A stretch of DNA of 36,181 nt. Origin: a virus (lineage: Duplodnaviria; Caudoviricetes). The DNA lies in the IMG/VR virus record IMGVR_UViG_3300010376_000085, positions 1 to 36,181 of that record; one strand, 5' to 3'. The notes under the pieces were generated by a model, which saw only the letters and a program-made list of their open reading frames with translations, was not told the DNA's origin and did no database searches. Positions 18,119-26,887 of the stretch are shown one piece after another. Made by a program: the position numbers and the translations under genes. Position 1 is the stretch's first letter; every line of letters begins with the position of its first letter.

Positions 18119-20464
18119 TTACTGTACCGTGGGCGTTGACGGTTGCGGCATCGGCGCAACAGCCACAACGCGGCCATCTGGTCCGCGCACGATGCGCTTG
18201 GGGCCATTGATCTGAGAAAGCACGCCGCCCAACTGGGCCATATGGGCGGCGTGCATATTGGCCAGCGCCATATGGCTGTCGCTGATGTGCTGGGCCAATT
18301 GGGAAACTCCGTCACGGAACACTTGCGCCAAATTGGCCGATGCCGCCGCATTAGCTTCGATAGCGTTGCTGCTCATGGGCTGGCCCGAACCAATCAGCGC
18401 GACTTCGATCTGGGTTGACGCGCGTAGCTCGGCCTCCCACTTGGTGAAAGACTGCTCGGCCTGCAATTTCATCTGAGCCAGTTGCAGCGCGTGGCTTTGC
18501 TCCAATTGCAAGATTTGCTGATCCTGCTGCATCTTCATCTGCTCGATCTGCATTTGGCCTTGAATCTTTATCTGCTCGACTTGGGCATCGGCCTGAGATT
18601 GCATTTGCGCCTGCTGCATTTCGGCTTGGGCCTGCTGCTGCTCCTTGGTAGGTTGCGGATTCTGAGCTAGCTGGGCGGCCTTCTGTTCCAATTGCTGCAA
18701 GGCTTGATCGATCAATCCCTCGATGCTGCGGCCTTCCTTGAAAGCCGACACTCCGAACTTAATCATGCCCATCAGCGCGGGCACGATTTCCGGCACGGCT
18801 TGCCCAGCCGGAACGGCTTCGCGCATGAAATTGGCAAAAGTATTCAAAAACTCCAGCCGCTCCTGCTTGGTCTGCTGCTCATCAAGCTGCACCAGCGAGT
18901 CCGTGGCCACTTCGACCCGGAAGCTATTCAGGGGCGCGCGGCGGATAAGCTCCAAGGCTTGGGGAATTAACGGCTGATCGGTGGGGCTGAATTGCTGGGC
19001 CGCCGCGTAAGAGAGGATCGTTTCATCTTGATACTTGGCGCAGATAATTTGCGCCTTGATGCGCAGCAATTCGCTAGCGAATATGGCAACAACGTCTTGC
19101 ATGGTCTTAAGACGCAAGCCGACATACTGGCCTTTGATCTGCTGGGCGGTCGCGGTTTCCGATGCTGCGCCCTGGCCGCGCACAATGTCGGAAATTCCGC
19201 TGATCTGAAAAACCTGGTTCTGAATATCTTGGCGGGCCTGATAACATTGCTGCAAGGCATTGGCCAAATCATTGATCGGCAGTAAGTCTATCGATCCTTT
19301 AAGGCCGCCCTTTTCGCTGAATGCCGCCCAGCGATCCGTTCCTATGAGAACGTTATTTTCCCCTTCGGTAAGCAGCCTTTGTAGGACGGGCTGGCTAGCG
19401 TCATAAATGCCGCGAACTCGTAGCGCCTTGACCAGCCCATCGATGCGATCAGAGAGTATGTCCAATTCCTGGGCTTGGTCCTGATACAATACGAAATCTG
19501 GAACAGGCACCAAGGTATCGGTCGTGGTTGTGGCGTAAAGCGGTCGGGGGCACGGATAGAAATTCTCCAGCCCCAAAGGATCGTCCACTTGGTCCAGAAA
19601 ATCCTGCACACCCTTAGAGAACCACTGGACTTTGCCAGTTTCACGATCCCACAGCTCGCATATCTTGGCCCGCTCAATCGTCGGCTTTTCGCCGCGAATG
19701 CCTCTGTTCCAGTAATCGGGGCCATCGCCAATAGCGACTTTATCCTCAAAGCCGGGAAAGCGATCCTTGACCGCTTCCTTGGTCATATAAACCCAGCGCC
19801 ATACCGCAGTCACTTCTTCCCATGTGCGCGCCGGGCTGTGGCCAAAATCTTTCCAGTACACGTAATCAACTGGCGAAACTTCAAAATCTATCTTTTCTTC
19901 CGGCGCTTTGCCTTCCGACTTGTCGGCGCTGGTTTGATCGTGCGGTTGTAGATTATCGTTTTTATCGTTTGCGTTTTGTTGCGTGGTTTCCTGAGCTTGC
20001 GTGATTTCCTTGGTTGGGGCTTGCGGCACATCTTCGGTTATCTGCTGATCCTGCTCGGACACATGAGGATCGTACCTTACCCACGCGCAGCCACGCCCGC
20101 CCAGAAAGCGATCTTCGACGCAATTGTGCATGGCGCTGCGAAAATCGCTGTAATGCTCAATCTCATAGTCCAGGCATCGCTCGATCAACAGCGCGGCAAC
20201 GCGCGCGACCGGATCATTGTCCACAAAACGGCGCGACACATCGGCCTTTGGCATCCGGTTATAGACGGCAGGAATCAAAGTCTGGACGTTGGACCAAAGA
20301 ATATTGAACTTGGCAGATTCATTATTGCTTTGGCCGCGATTGTCGTCGCGATAGCGCTTAAGTATCTTCTCGACGCGCGCGCACCATTTCTTAAACTCGA
20401 TATCGTAGCTCGACACCATATCAAGATATTTTTGTAGGTCGGGCTTGGCCTCGGCGTTAGCCAT
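18119..20464 (-). CDS. Portal protein with long Q-rich C-terminal coiled coil
   Basis: 781 aa. FNILWSNVQTL, FYPCPRPL, ISGISDIVRG..ETATAQQIKG. Downstream of terL. Confidence 0.9.
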   Translation of the reverse strand: MANAEAKPDLQKYLDMVSSYDIEFKKWCARVEKILKRYRDDNRGQSNNESAKFNILWSNVQTLIPAVYNRMPKADVSRRFVDNDPVARVAALLIERCLDYEIEHYSDFRSAMHNCVEDRFLGGRGCAWVRYDPHVSEQDQQITEDVPQAPTKEITQAQETTQQNANDKNDNLQPHDQTSADKSEGKAPEEKIDFEVSPVDYVYWKDFGHSPARTWEEVTAVWRWVYMTKEAVKDRFPGFEDKVAIGDGPDYWNRGIRGEKPTIERAKICELWDRETGKVQWFSKGVQDFLDQVDDPLGLENFYPCPRPLYATTTTDTLVPVPDFVLYQDQAQELDILSDRIDGLVKALRVRGIYDASQPVLQRLLTEGENNVLIGTDRWAAFSEKGGLKGSIDLLPINDLANALQQCYQARQDIQNQVFQISGISDIVRGQGAASETATAQQIKGQYVGLRLKTMQDVVAIFASELLRIKAQIICAKYQDETILSYAAAQQFSPTDQPLIPQALELIRRAPLNSFRVEVATDSLVQLDEQQTKQERLEFLNTFANFMREAVPAGQAVPEIVPALMGMIKFGVSAFKEGRSIEGLIDQALQQLEQKAAQLAQNPQPTKEQQQAQAEMQQAQMQSQADAQVEQIKIQGQMQIEQMKMQQDQQILQLEQSHALQLAQMKLQAEQSFTKWEAELRASTQIEVALIGSGQPMSSNAIEANAAASANLAQVFRDGVSQLAQHISDSHMALANMHAAHMAQLGGVLSQINGPKRIVRGPDGRVVAVAPMPQPSTPTVQ

Positions 20465-20654
20465 GTCCGGTATCTGGCCGTCCCAGCGGCATCAAAGGGT
20501 CTTTGCCCTCCATGCTGGTTGACACTTTGGGCGATGTTTCGGATTTGGTTGCGCTCTCGGTTTTGCTTGGGAGATCGGCTTTTTCGTTTTTTCCAGCTTT
20601 GCTCGCCTCTTTAATCTTATCGCCTTCCTTGGTCTTATCGCCTTCCTTGGTCAT
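20457..20654 (-). CDS. Small charged protein (65 aa)
   Basis: ATGA overlap with the upstream ORF and overlap with the portal start. TKEGDK occurs twice. Confidence 0.55.
   Translation of the reverse strand: MTKEGDKTKEGDKIKEASKAGKNEKADLPSKTESATKSETSPKVSTSMEGKDPLMPLGRPDTGHG
20615..20652. repeat. Perfect 18-bp tandem duplication
   Basis: TCTTATCGCCTTCCTTGG twice, in frame. Confidence 0.9.
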
Positions 20655-20911
20655 TGCGTTGGCATCCTCAAAGAAGCGTTGCGCATGTTGGGAGCCATGT
20701 TGGGATAGGCAGGCACGGCGGGGCGCTGGATACCGCCCGAAAGCAGGCGGGCCAATTGCTGATTGCGCGCCTGCCGCACACCTTCCGCCGCCGCAGCGGC
20801 AACCATGGGGTGGACGCCGGTCGCAGTGGGCACGCGATAGCCTGCCGATGATGCAGCCTGCGGATTGTGGGCTTCCCAAGCAAAGAGTCGATGCTGTGCT
20901 GGCGTAACCAT
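20651..20911 (-). CDS. Small hypothetical protein, paralogue of 21090-21320
   Basis: VTPAQHRLFAWEAHNPQAA. Coupled to neighbours. Confidence 0.6.
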   Translation of the reverse strand: MVTPAQHRLFAWEAHNPQAASSAGYRVPTATGVHPMVAAAAAEGVRQARNQQLARLLSGGIQRPAVPAYPNMAPNMRNASLRMPTQ

Positions 20912-21093
20912 CAGTGAAGCGCCTTTCTTGTGACTTCCCGCTCAAGCGCGGGCATGTTTCTCGTAAGCCAATCGATCACGGCATCATGAGGGATATCGCT
21001 GGTGCATTGGCTGCGATGATATTCCGCGACTTGCGCGCTCCAGCCCTTGTCCAACAAATCGACCGTGATAATCAGCACAAGGGAGTCATTCAT
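20911..21093 (-). CDS. Small hypothetical protein (60 aa)
   Basis: Start and stop overlap the genes on both sides. Confidence 0.55.
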   Translation of the reverse strand: MNDSLVLIITVDLLDKGWSAQVAEYHRSQCTSDIPHDAVIDWLTRNMPALEREVTRKALH

Positions 21094-21320
21094 TTCAATT
21101 TCTTCTCGAAATTTTTCGCAGCAGCGCGAAGCGCTTTATTTCTGTCGGGATTTCTTTCCTGGCTTCTATCCGGCGGCCTGTTTGATTGTTTTTTGATCGG
21201 CTCTTTGGCCAGCTTGGTTGCGGTCTTGACCGGAATATCGAAGCCAAGAGTTTTGGCCTTTTTGGGATCGTGTTTGGCCATTTCAAAAGTGCGATGTTGC
21301 TTTGGAGTGACGGGCATCAC
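21090..21320 (-). CDS. Small basic protein
   Basis: VTPKQHRTFEMAKHDPKKA. SD GAGG. Confidence 0.65.
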   Translation of the reverse strand: MMPVTPKQHRTFEMAKHDPKKAKTLGFDIPVKTATKLAKEPIKKQSNRPPDRSQERNPDRNKALRAAAKNFEKKLK

Positions 21321-21386
21321 AGCCTCGCTTTCACAGCCTTGATGAAATGGCCCCGGCAGAAATTGACCGGGGCCACTGTTGGCCTG

Positions 21387-21932
21387 CTAACTCGGAGTCG
21401 GTACGTGCTGATCGCCAGTTGGCACCACCACGACAACCCAGCCCGTTGCTTCGGTCCATACCGGCTGGGCTTGCCAATTCTTTATCGGCTGCGGCCCTTC
21501 GCCGGGTGGAAGTGGATTGCCAGCCACTGGCGGATATCCTGAGCCGGGTGGAAGCGTGACACCGGGCGGCCCCCAGATGGGAAAGGTGGGTTTGCCGGGC
21601 GGCTGTCCTCCTCCAGGCGGCGGGTTGTAAATCGGATGAGAAGGCGTGCCACCAATCGGAACGCCATAGCCCGGATCAACCGGACCTGATGGCGGCATAT
21701 GAATCGGCGGCGTCGGCCATGGTCCAGGCGGCCCCCAAATTCCAGGCGGATTGAAAATAGGATGGGCCGGATACCCCGGCTGGCTGGGCGGCATGTGGAT
21801 AGGCGGGGTCGGCCAAGGTCCAGGCGGTCCCCAGATGCCGGGCGGGTTGTAAATCGGATGAGCGGGATAACCGGGCTGGCCGCTGCCACCATCACCAGCG
21901 ACGGGCGTAATCAAAGCAAGAAATGGCTGCAT
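21387..21932 (-). CDS. Proline-rich repeat protein
   Basis: SD AGGAG. A 32-aa unit is duplicated with almost only synonymous DNA differences. Confidence 0.85.
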   Translation of the reverse strand: MQPFLALITPVAGDGGSGQPGYPAHPIYNPPGIWGPPGPWPTPPIHMPPSQPGYPAHPIFNPPGIWGPPGPWPTPPIHMPPSGPVDPGYGVPIGGTPSHPIYNPPPGGGQPPGKPTFPIWGPPGVTLPPGSGYPPVAGNPLPPGEGPQPIKNWQAQPVWTEATGWVVVVVPTGDQHVPTPS

Positions 21933-22014
21933 TGCATAACTCCTATGGTTAGGGCTGGTTTGCGCATCCCTCGATGCATTTTCCCTTTGCGGGGTTTTGT
22001 GTCTTTTGTGTTTT

Positions 22015-23370
22015 TCAGATTCTGCGGCGCTTGATGCTGCGCTTGGCCGCCGCCCACATGTCGTTAAGCGTGGCGGTATTGCCCGGCCCCACGATCAAAG
22101 GCCGGTCGGGATGGGCGCGGATTGCCGGGACTTCTTCCTTCCAGGCTATCGCCAGCATGCGAAAGGCATCGGCGGCATGGGACGCCCAATTGTGTTTGGG
22201 CGCTTGGCGAAACGCCTTGGTATCCTCATCATATTCGCGTTCGTATTGGCGCAGCGCCTCGATGCCTTCGCGGCAGTTTTCCTCATCAAACCAGCAGCGC
22301 GGCAAAGTGAGGCGCACGGCCTGGATGCCGTCTTGAACCGACAAATCCGGCACAATGGCCAGATCGGTAACGCCAAAATATTCGGCCAATTGCTCGATGA
22401 TCGCCTTGCCTTGGGCGGCCAGCGTCTTGGCCCTGGCATCGTGCGGCAGAAAATGCTTGCCATAATGATAAGGCTTGGACTGGACCAAAGCGACGATATC
22501 GGCAATCGATGCGCCACTGACGGCATAGAAATCGATCACATGAATTTCATTGCGAATGACTTGGTAGAACCAGATCGCAGTATCGTCCCTATAGCCCAGA
22601 TCGAAGGCGGTATAAGTCGGCAGGCTGGGATCGTATTTGACTTCTGTAATGCGCCCTTGCTCGGCCAAGAGGCGCATTTCCGTGCCGTAGTACGCGCCCA
22701 GAATCGCAGCCTCAAAGCTGCATTCCATTTCCTGTAAATATTGATCTTCGCTCTGCGTGCTGCGCATGTCGGCAATTTCCAGCACAGAGAGAATTTTCGA
22801 TTCCGACGCCTTGAGCGTGAGAGTGAACCAATTGCCGGGATCGCGCAGCGCATTGTCATACACATCCCAGAACTGATTTTTGCCGCGTGGCGTGCCCATG
22901 AAAACCGCCCAGCCCGATTTGTCGGCCAAGGTGGGGCGGATCACGCTGCCCCACACTGTGGGACGGAAATCACCGAACTCGTCCATCAGAAGCCCGGAAA
23001 AACCCAACCCGCGCATGGCGTCGGCATTGTCGGCTCCGAACAGGCGCAACTCATGCCCGTTCAACGTGGTGACGATCAGATCGCTTTCATTGACTTTCTT
23101 GATGACGGGGCGGGCATAGAATTTGAGATATTCCCACGCCACGGACTTGGCCTGTGAGCGAAACGGCGCAACATAGCCAAACAGCGCATTGCGTTCCTTC
23201 GATGTGACTGCGCCCTTAATCAGATCATTGACTGCCGCCACGGTCTTACCGGCGCGGCGATGCGCCACCAGACAGGCCCAGCGCTGCTTGCGCTTATGGA
23301 AAGGCTGAAAAGCTGCGCGCGGCTCGTAGGCAATCCCGATATGACGCGGACCAATTCCACTAGCGGACAC
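22015..23370 (-). CDS. terL: Terminase large subunit
   Basis: Walker A AHRRAGKT, Walker B LLMDE, GTPRG, nuclease motifs AFDLG and SHAADAFR. Confidence 0.95.
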   Translation of the reverse strand: MSASGIGPRHIGIAYEPRAAFQPFHKRKQRWACLVAHRRAGKTVAAVNDLIKGAVTSKERNALFGYVAPFRSQAKSVAWEYLKFYARPVIKKVNESDLIVTTLNGHELRLFGADNADAMRGLGFSGLLMDEFGDFRPTVWGSVIRPTLADKSGWAVFMGTPRGKNQFWDVYDNALRDPGNWFTLTLKASESKILSVLEIADMRSTQSEDQYLQEMECSFEAAILGAYYGTEMRLLAEQGRITEVKYDPSLPTYTAFDLGYRDDTAIWFYQVIRNEIHVIDFYAVSGASIADIVALVQSKPYHYGKHFLPHDARAKTLAAQGKAIIEQLAEYFGVTDLAIVPDLSVQDGIQAVRLTLPRCWFDEENCREGIEALRQYEREYDEDTKAFRQAPKHNWASHAADAFRMLAIAWKEEVPAIRAHPDRPLIVGPGNTATLNDMWAAAKRSIKRRRI

Positions 23371-23376
23371 TTTTTC

Positions 23377-23553
23377 TCATCGGACATTCGCCAGTGGCAA
23401 CAAATATTCTATCGCGATCAGGACGCAGATCAGAGCAAAGATGATGCGCACCACCACGGCAATGGGCGGCGGCATCGGAATTTGCGTGATCGCCCACCAC
23501 ACCAGCCACAAGATCGCGCCGATGATAACCAGCACGATGAGAAGATGAATCAA
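23377..23553 (-). CDS. Small two-TM membrane protein (Thivi_2564-like)
   Basis: Below the ORF-track cut-off. TTG start with SD GGAGG: MIHLLIVLVIIGAILWLVWWAITQIPMPPPIAVVVRIIFALICVLIAIEYLLPLANVR. Confidence 0.7.
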   Translation of the reverse strand: MIHLLIVLVIIGAILWLVWWAITQIPMPPPIAVVVRIIFALICVLIAIEYLLPLANVR

Positions 23554-23894
23554 GTGGCCTCCAGCGCGGTTGGAATTTTCACCTTGAGATAGGTTGGTGC
23601 CCAGTGCGGCACGCGGTAATGCGTGCGCCTTTTGGCCAGCGGCAATCCCAAATATTGGCCATCAATCGCATAAGTCAGCAGGCTTGCATTCTTGAACTCA
23701 ATCACTCCGGCAGCGCGCAAGCCTTCAATTTCATCAATAATGGCTTGGCTAAGACCGGACCAAATCACAATATTAGAACAATCTTTCCCGCCCGCATAAA
23801 TCGCCAGCGGACCTTTAGCCCCCGGCAAGCGGGCAATTTCCGCAAAGCTCACGCAATCGCGCTTTAGCAATTCCTTAAGGGTGTATGGTTTCAT
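23550..23894 (-). CDS. Protein resembling SaPI Ppi (phage packaging interference)
   Basis: SD GAGGA. VSFAEI..NIVIWSG..YAIDG..LGLPL..PHWAP matches, from memory, the motif order of staphylococcal Ppi alleles. Confidence 0.6.
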   Translation of the reverse strand: MKPYTLKELLKRDCVSFAEIARLPGAKGPLAIYAGGKDCSNIVIWSGLSQAIIDEIEGLRAAGVIEFKNASLLTYAIDGQYLGLPLAKRRTHYRVPHWAPTYLKVKIPTALEAT

Positions 23895-23944
23895 CAAATC
23901 CTCACTCTGCGCTTGGCGCGTTTGGCCCCTCTGCCAGTTTGTAA

Positions 23945-23961
23945 TGTGCATTTCTCGTACA
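23945..23961. promoter_or_regulatory. Operator TGTGC-N7-GTACA in a divergent promoter region
   Basis: TGTGCATTTCTCGTACA. TACAAT boxes at 23958 and 23971, the latter 6 nt before the ATG at 23983. Confidence 0.6.
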
Positions 23962-23982
23962 ATTGGCGCATACAATGTAGGC

Positions 23983-24786
23983 ATGATCCATCTGCACTTG
24001 GCGTTGGAACGCGCGCCGCCTGAAATGCGGCCCTCTTTGATGAATGCGGAAGGATTCGATTTTGGCCCTGTTCCGCTGAAAAAGCTTACAGGCGAAAAAG
24101 AAGGCTTTTATGAACTGCCGGAATTTACTTCGGTAGAACTGGAATTGTTTGTAACCGGCCTGCTGCAATTGCCAGCGCCGGTATGCTGGTTTGAATATCG
24201 CATGGAAACCCTTAGCGCCATTTTGGTGCTTGAAGATGAAAAGGATTCATTCATCGTGCATCATTATGATGAAGCTAGAGGTTGGGCCACTGATCCCGTC
24301 TTCATTGGCTTCAAGCGTAAAGACAAACCATTTGCACTCTATACTTTTGGCCGTGAAGCCGCATTCTTTTCACGCGAAACGATTGAACTGCTGTATGGCT
24401 CCGATGTTGGGCTGGTGATTTATTTTTGCTTGATGCTGCTATCCAAAACCACTGAAATTGAAAAAGTGCGCGCGCCAAAATTCACCAATGCGGCGCGGAT
24501 CAAGAAAGGCAAGCCGCCGCTAAAAGCCCACACCATCGTCCATATCGTGCCGTACAAATACATTTCCGCATCCCAGCGCGAAGCGGGCCGCAGCCATGCC
24601 TCGCCGCGCTTGCATTGGCGCAGATCGCACTTGCGCATCTACGATCATCGCACACCCGGATCAACCTATGTCGAAAGCAAAGGCTGGTGCGTGCCCATCG
24701 CGCGCTGCTTGGTGGGATCGGCTGCGGAAGGCGAGGTCAGCCATGAATATTTCGTGGACGGCCCGCTCAGTCTAACCAATCGCTAA
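23983..24786 (+). CDS. Hypothetical phage protein with SPRLHWRRSHLR motif
   Basis: 267 aa with LPAPVCWFE, NAARIKKGKPPL and HASPRLHWRRSHLR. Confidence 0.75.
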   Translation: MIHLHLALERAPPEMRPSLMNAEGFDFGPVPLKKLTGEKEGFYELPEFTSVELELFVTGLLQLPAPVCWFEYRMETLSAILVLEDEKDSFIVHHYDEARGWATDPVFIGFKRKDKPFALYTFGREAAFFSRETIELLYGSDVGLVIYFCLMLLSKTTEIEKVRAPKFTNAARIKKGKPPLKAHTIVHIVPYKYISASQREAGRSHASPRLHWRRSHLRIYDHRTPGSTYVESKGWCVPIARCLVGSAAEGEVSHEYFVDGPLSLTNR

Positions 24787-24806
24787 TGAAATGGAGAATG
24801 AGATCA

Positions 24807-24918
24807 ATGATCGTCAGAGAACGAGAAGCCCGTGATCGATGGTGCCCGTTTGCGCGGGTGTCACATGAAATATCGCGCCAATGTGTTTCGTGATCCCTCA
24901 TCGAAGTGAATGGCTTTA
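24807..24918 (+). pseudogene. Possible decayed remnant of a 'WCPFAR..C..SxCMAW' small phage gene
   Basis: MIVREREARDRWCPFARV stops at 24893. A shifted frame reads SSK*MAL. Confidence 0.3.
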
Positions 24919-24961
24919 GCTTTATGTACATCTTTACCTTTATGTACATGCGGCGTACATT
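24914..24961 (+). promoter_or_regulatory. Promoter TTTACC-N17-TACATT with operator (24943-24959) and 18-bp tandem repeat
   Basis: TGTACATGCGGCGTACA, and CTTTA(G/C)CTTTATGTACAT twice at 24914-24949. Confidence 0.7.
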
Positions 24962-24987
24962 GGTGTGGGGCAATGGAGGGACCAAAA

Positions 24988-26163
24988 ATGTCCATTGCGC
25001 ATCAGATCGTCGCCTACATTTTTACTTTACTTGCTTCTTTTAGACCCGCTGCCTTCTTCAAGCCCAAGGAAATCTTGGTGCTTGATTTCACAAAAAAGAA
25101 ACCGGCCCGGAAGGAAAAGCCGGACGTAAGCCAATCCTTCTATTTCCGTGAAATCATTCTGGACTCGCTGGAACATTATTTTCCGCACTTGCGCAACATG
25201 AAGCGCGCGGATCACGAAGCCTATGCACTTTACAGCAAACTGGGCGCGACTTTGTTGCCCGATACCGCATTGATCGATAGCCGGGAAATCTCACCCTGGT
25301 TCCGGCAAAAGCTGCCCACGTTCGGGGCAATCGCGCTCGCAATCAACAGCAGAGCAAAAGAACATGATGAAAAAGAGCAAGTATTTAGTCCGCGCTTTGT
25401 CTGCTTCACGAAATTCCATAAGCAACATCGCCCAGTCAATATCCAAGGCTCGAATGTGACCGGGACGCTCTATCGCATAACCCTATGCTGGGATGATCCC
25501 AGCAAGAAAGCCCATCCGTGGATTTCCGAAGTGGGAATGCTGCTGTGTAGTGACGGGAACGTGGTTCCGCTCAAATACCGCAGCGACAAATATCAGCGCA
25601 TTAAACACAAACGCGGCAGCGACCGTGAAAGCCATATCCATCATGCGGCATGGGATTGGCCGCCGATCTGGTACGAAAGCGCAAAGCTACAAAACCAAAC
25701 CATCGAACAGCACCTGGTCCGCCTGTTCACGTTGACCGCCAACGCCTTCGAGGCCGCGCAAGCAGGCATCACCATGGTCAGCGTCAAAAAAGACAAACTG
25801 ATTGCGAAATTTGGACTCGATCCGACGCGCACAGCCTATTTCTTCAAAGATCGCGATGTGGTGATAAGCGATAACGGCAAGAAGAAAAAAATCTTTCACA
25901 TCGTGCGCACGCATCTGCGCCAGGGTAAGCAAGTCAAAAGCCACTTTCGCGGCTTGCGCTCATTCCTATGGAACGGCTACCAAATTAACATCACAGTCCC
26001 AGTGCGCGAGCATTTCATGCTGGGCGAATTTGATGTTGACGCGCACGATATGGATGCCGCCGAAAAAGAAAATCTCCAGGGACTCGATAGCGGCCAGATA
26101 GCCAACTTTCTGGAAAAAGAAATCATCAAAGAATTGGCGGCTAAGAAAATCACGCTTCACTGA
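24988..26163 (+). CDS. Hypothetical phage protein with FHIVRTHLR..VKSHFRG motif
   Basis: 391 aa. SD GGAGG before the ATG at 24988. Confidence 0.8.
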   Translation: MSIAHQIVAYIFTLLASFRPAAFFKPKEILVLDFTKKKPARKEKPDVSQSFYFREIILDSLEHYFPHLRNMKRADHEAYALYSKLGATLLPDTALIDSREISPWFRQKLPTFGAIALAINSRAKEHDEKEQVFSPRFVCFTKFHKQHRPVNIQGSNVTGTLYRITLCWDDPSKKAHPWISEVGMLLCSDGNVVPLKYRSDKYQRIKHKRGSDRESHIHHAAWDWPPIWYESAKLQNQTIEQHLVRLFTLTANAFEAAQAGITMVSVKKDKLIAKFGLDPTRTAYFFKDRDVVISDNGKKKKIFHIVRTHLRQGKQVKSHFRGLRSFLWNGYQINITVPVREHFMLGEFDVDAHDMDAAEKENLQGLDSGQIANFLEKEIIKELAAKKITLH

Positions 26164-26202
26164 TTGCACTTCATTGGAAAATGATTGCACTGCATCAGAA
26201 AA
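26161..26202. repeat. 21-bp imperfect tandem repeat
   Basis: TGATTGCACTTCATTGGAAAA and TGATTGCACTGCATCAGAAAA. Confidence 0.8.
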
Positions 26203-26303
26203 TCCCCGGCCAATATGTGAGGGGTACGCTGGGGGGCGTTGCTTTGAACACATTGGCCGGGGGCAGTTTCTTGAAGCTCTCCGGGGTTTCGGACTTCAAG
26301 CCG
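26196..26303 (-). ncRNA. Candidate sRNA-3, two hairpins with a C-rich loop
   Basis: Promoter TGGCAT-N17-CATGAT (26337-26309). Hairpin at 26270-26300. A 15-bp stem 26204-26218/26248-26262 has a loop with GCCCCCCAGC and ACCCCUC, followed by AUUUUC. Confidence 0.45.
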
Positions 26304-26338
26304 CGCGCATCATGCTCGCTTGGCGTACAACATGCCAC

Positions 26339-26355
26339 TGTACTTAAGGCGTACA
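26339..26355. promoter_or_regulatory. Operator TGTAC-N7-GTACA
   Basis: TGTACTTAAGGCGTACA, with an extra half-site GGCGTACA at 26322-26329. Confidence 0.65.
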
Positions 26356-26370
26356 GCTATAGCGTTTCAG

Positions 26371-26559
26371 CTATGGCGTTTCAGGCTGGGGCGCATCCTT
26401 GTACGCCAGCTTGAGCGCACCAGTGAGAAGATCGATCCACACTTGCCGGTCTGCTGGGGACCAATAGCTGCCCGCAGGCGGCAAACTCTGAAACAGCGCA
26501 TCGATCACCGCGCTCGATTCCATCGGCGCGCTCAAGCCTTCTACGCGATGCTTGGCCAT
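26371..26559 (-). CDS. Small hypothetical protein (62 aa)
   Basis: SD GGAG. IDALFQSLPPAGSYWSPADRQVW..LAY is a motif I recognise from alphaproteobacterial phage proteins. Confidence 0.6.
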   Translation of the reverse strand: MAKHRVEGLSAPMESSAVIDALFQSLPPAGSYWSPADRQVWIDLLTGALKLAYKDAPQPETP

Positions 26560-26887
26560 GTCCGTGACTCCCATGGTGGGATGTGGAACTTGTTTGCGGG
26601 GATGAAAAAGTAGAGAGGGGGGAGCTATAGCTATAACCATACCCGGGCCTCCGGGGTTCGACCGGGGGCGGGGTCTTACGGGGTAAATGTAGGTCGTAAG
26701 CGATGCTTGTAAACATTGCTGTTTGCACAGCAAACACTACCAAGTCCGACAATCGGACTTTGTTTTGATTGACTAACATATTGATAGTGCTACGTTATAT
26801 CGATGTTAGATCATCGATCTGGCACGCGATTGGAACGCAGGATGGTCTGGGGATGGTCATGCGCTTACTATGTAAAGTTCGCCAGTG

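Noticed and set aside
3206-23592. Many + strand and alternative-frame ORFs overlapping virion genes
   Set aside because: Shadow ORFs of GC-rich coding sequence, with no RBS or motifs.
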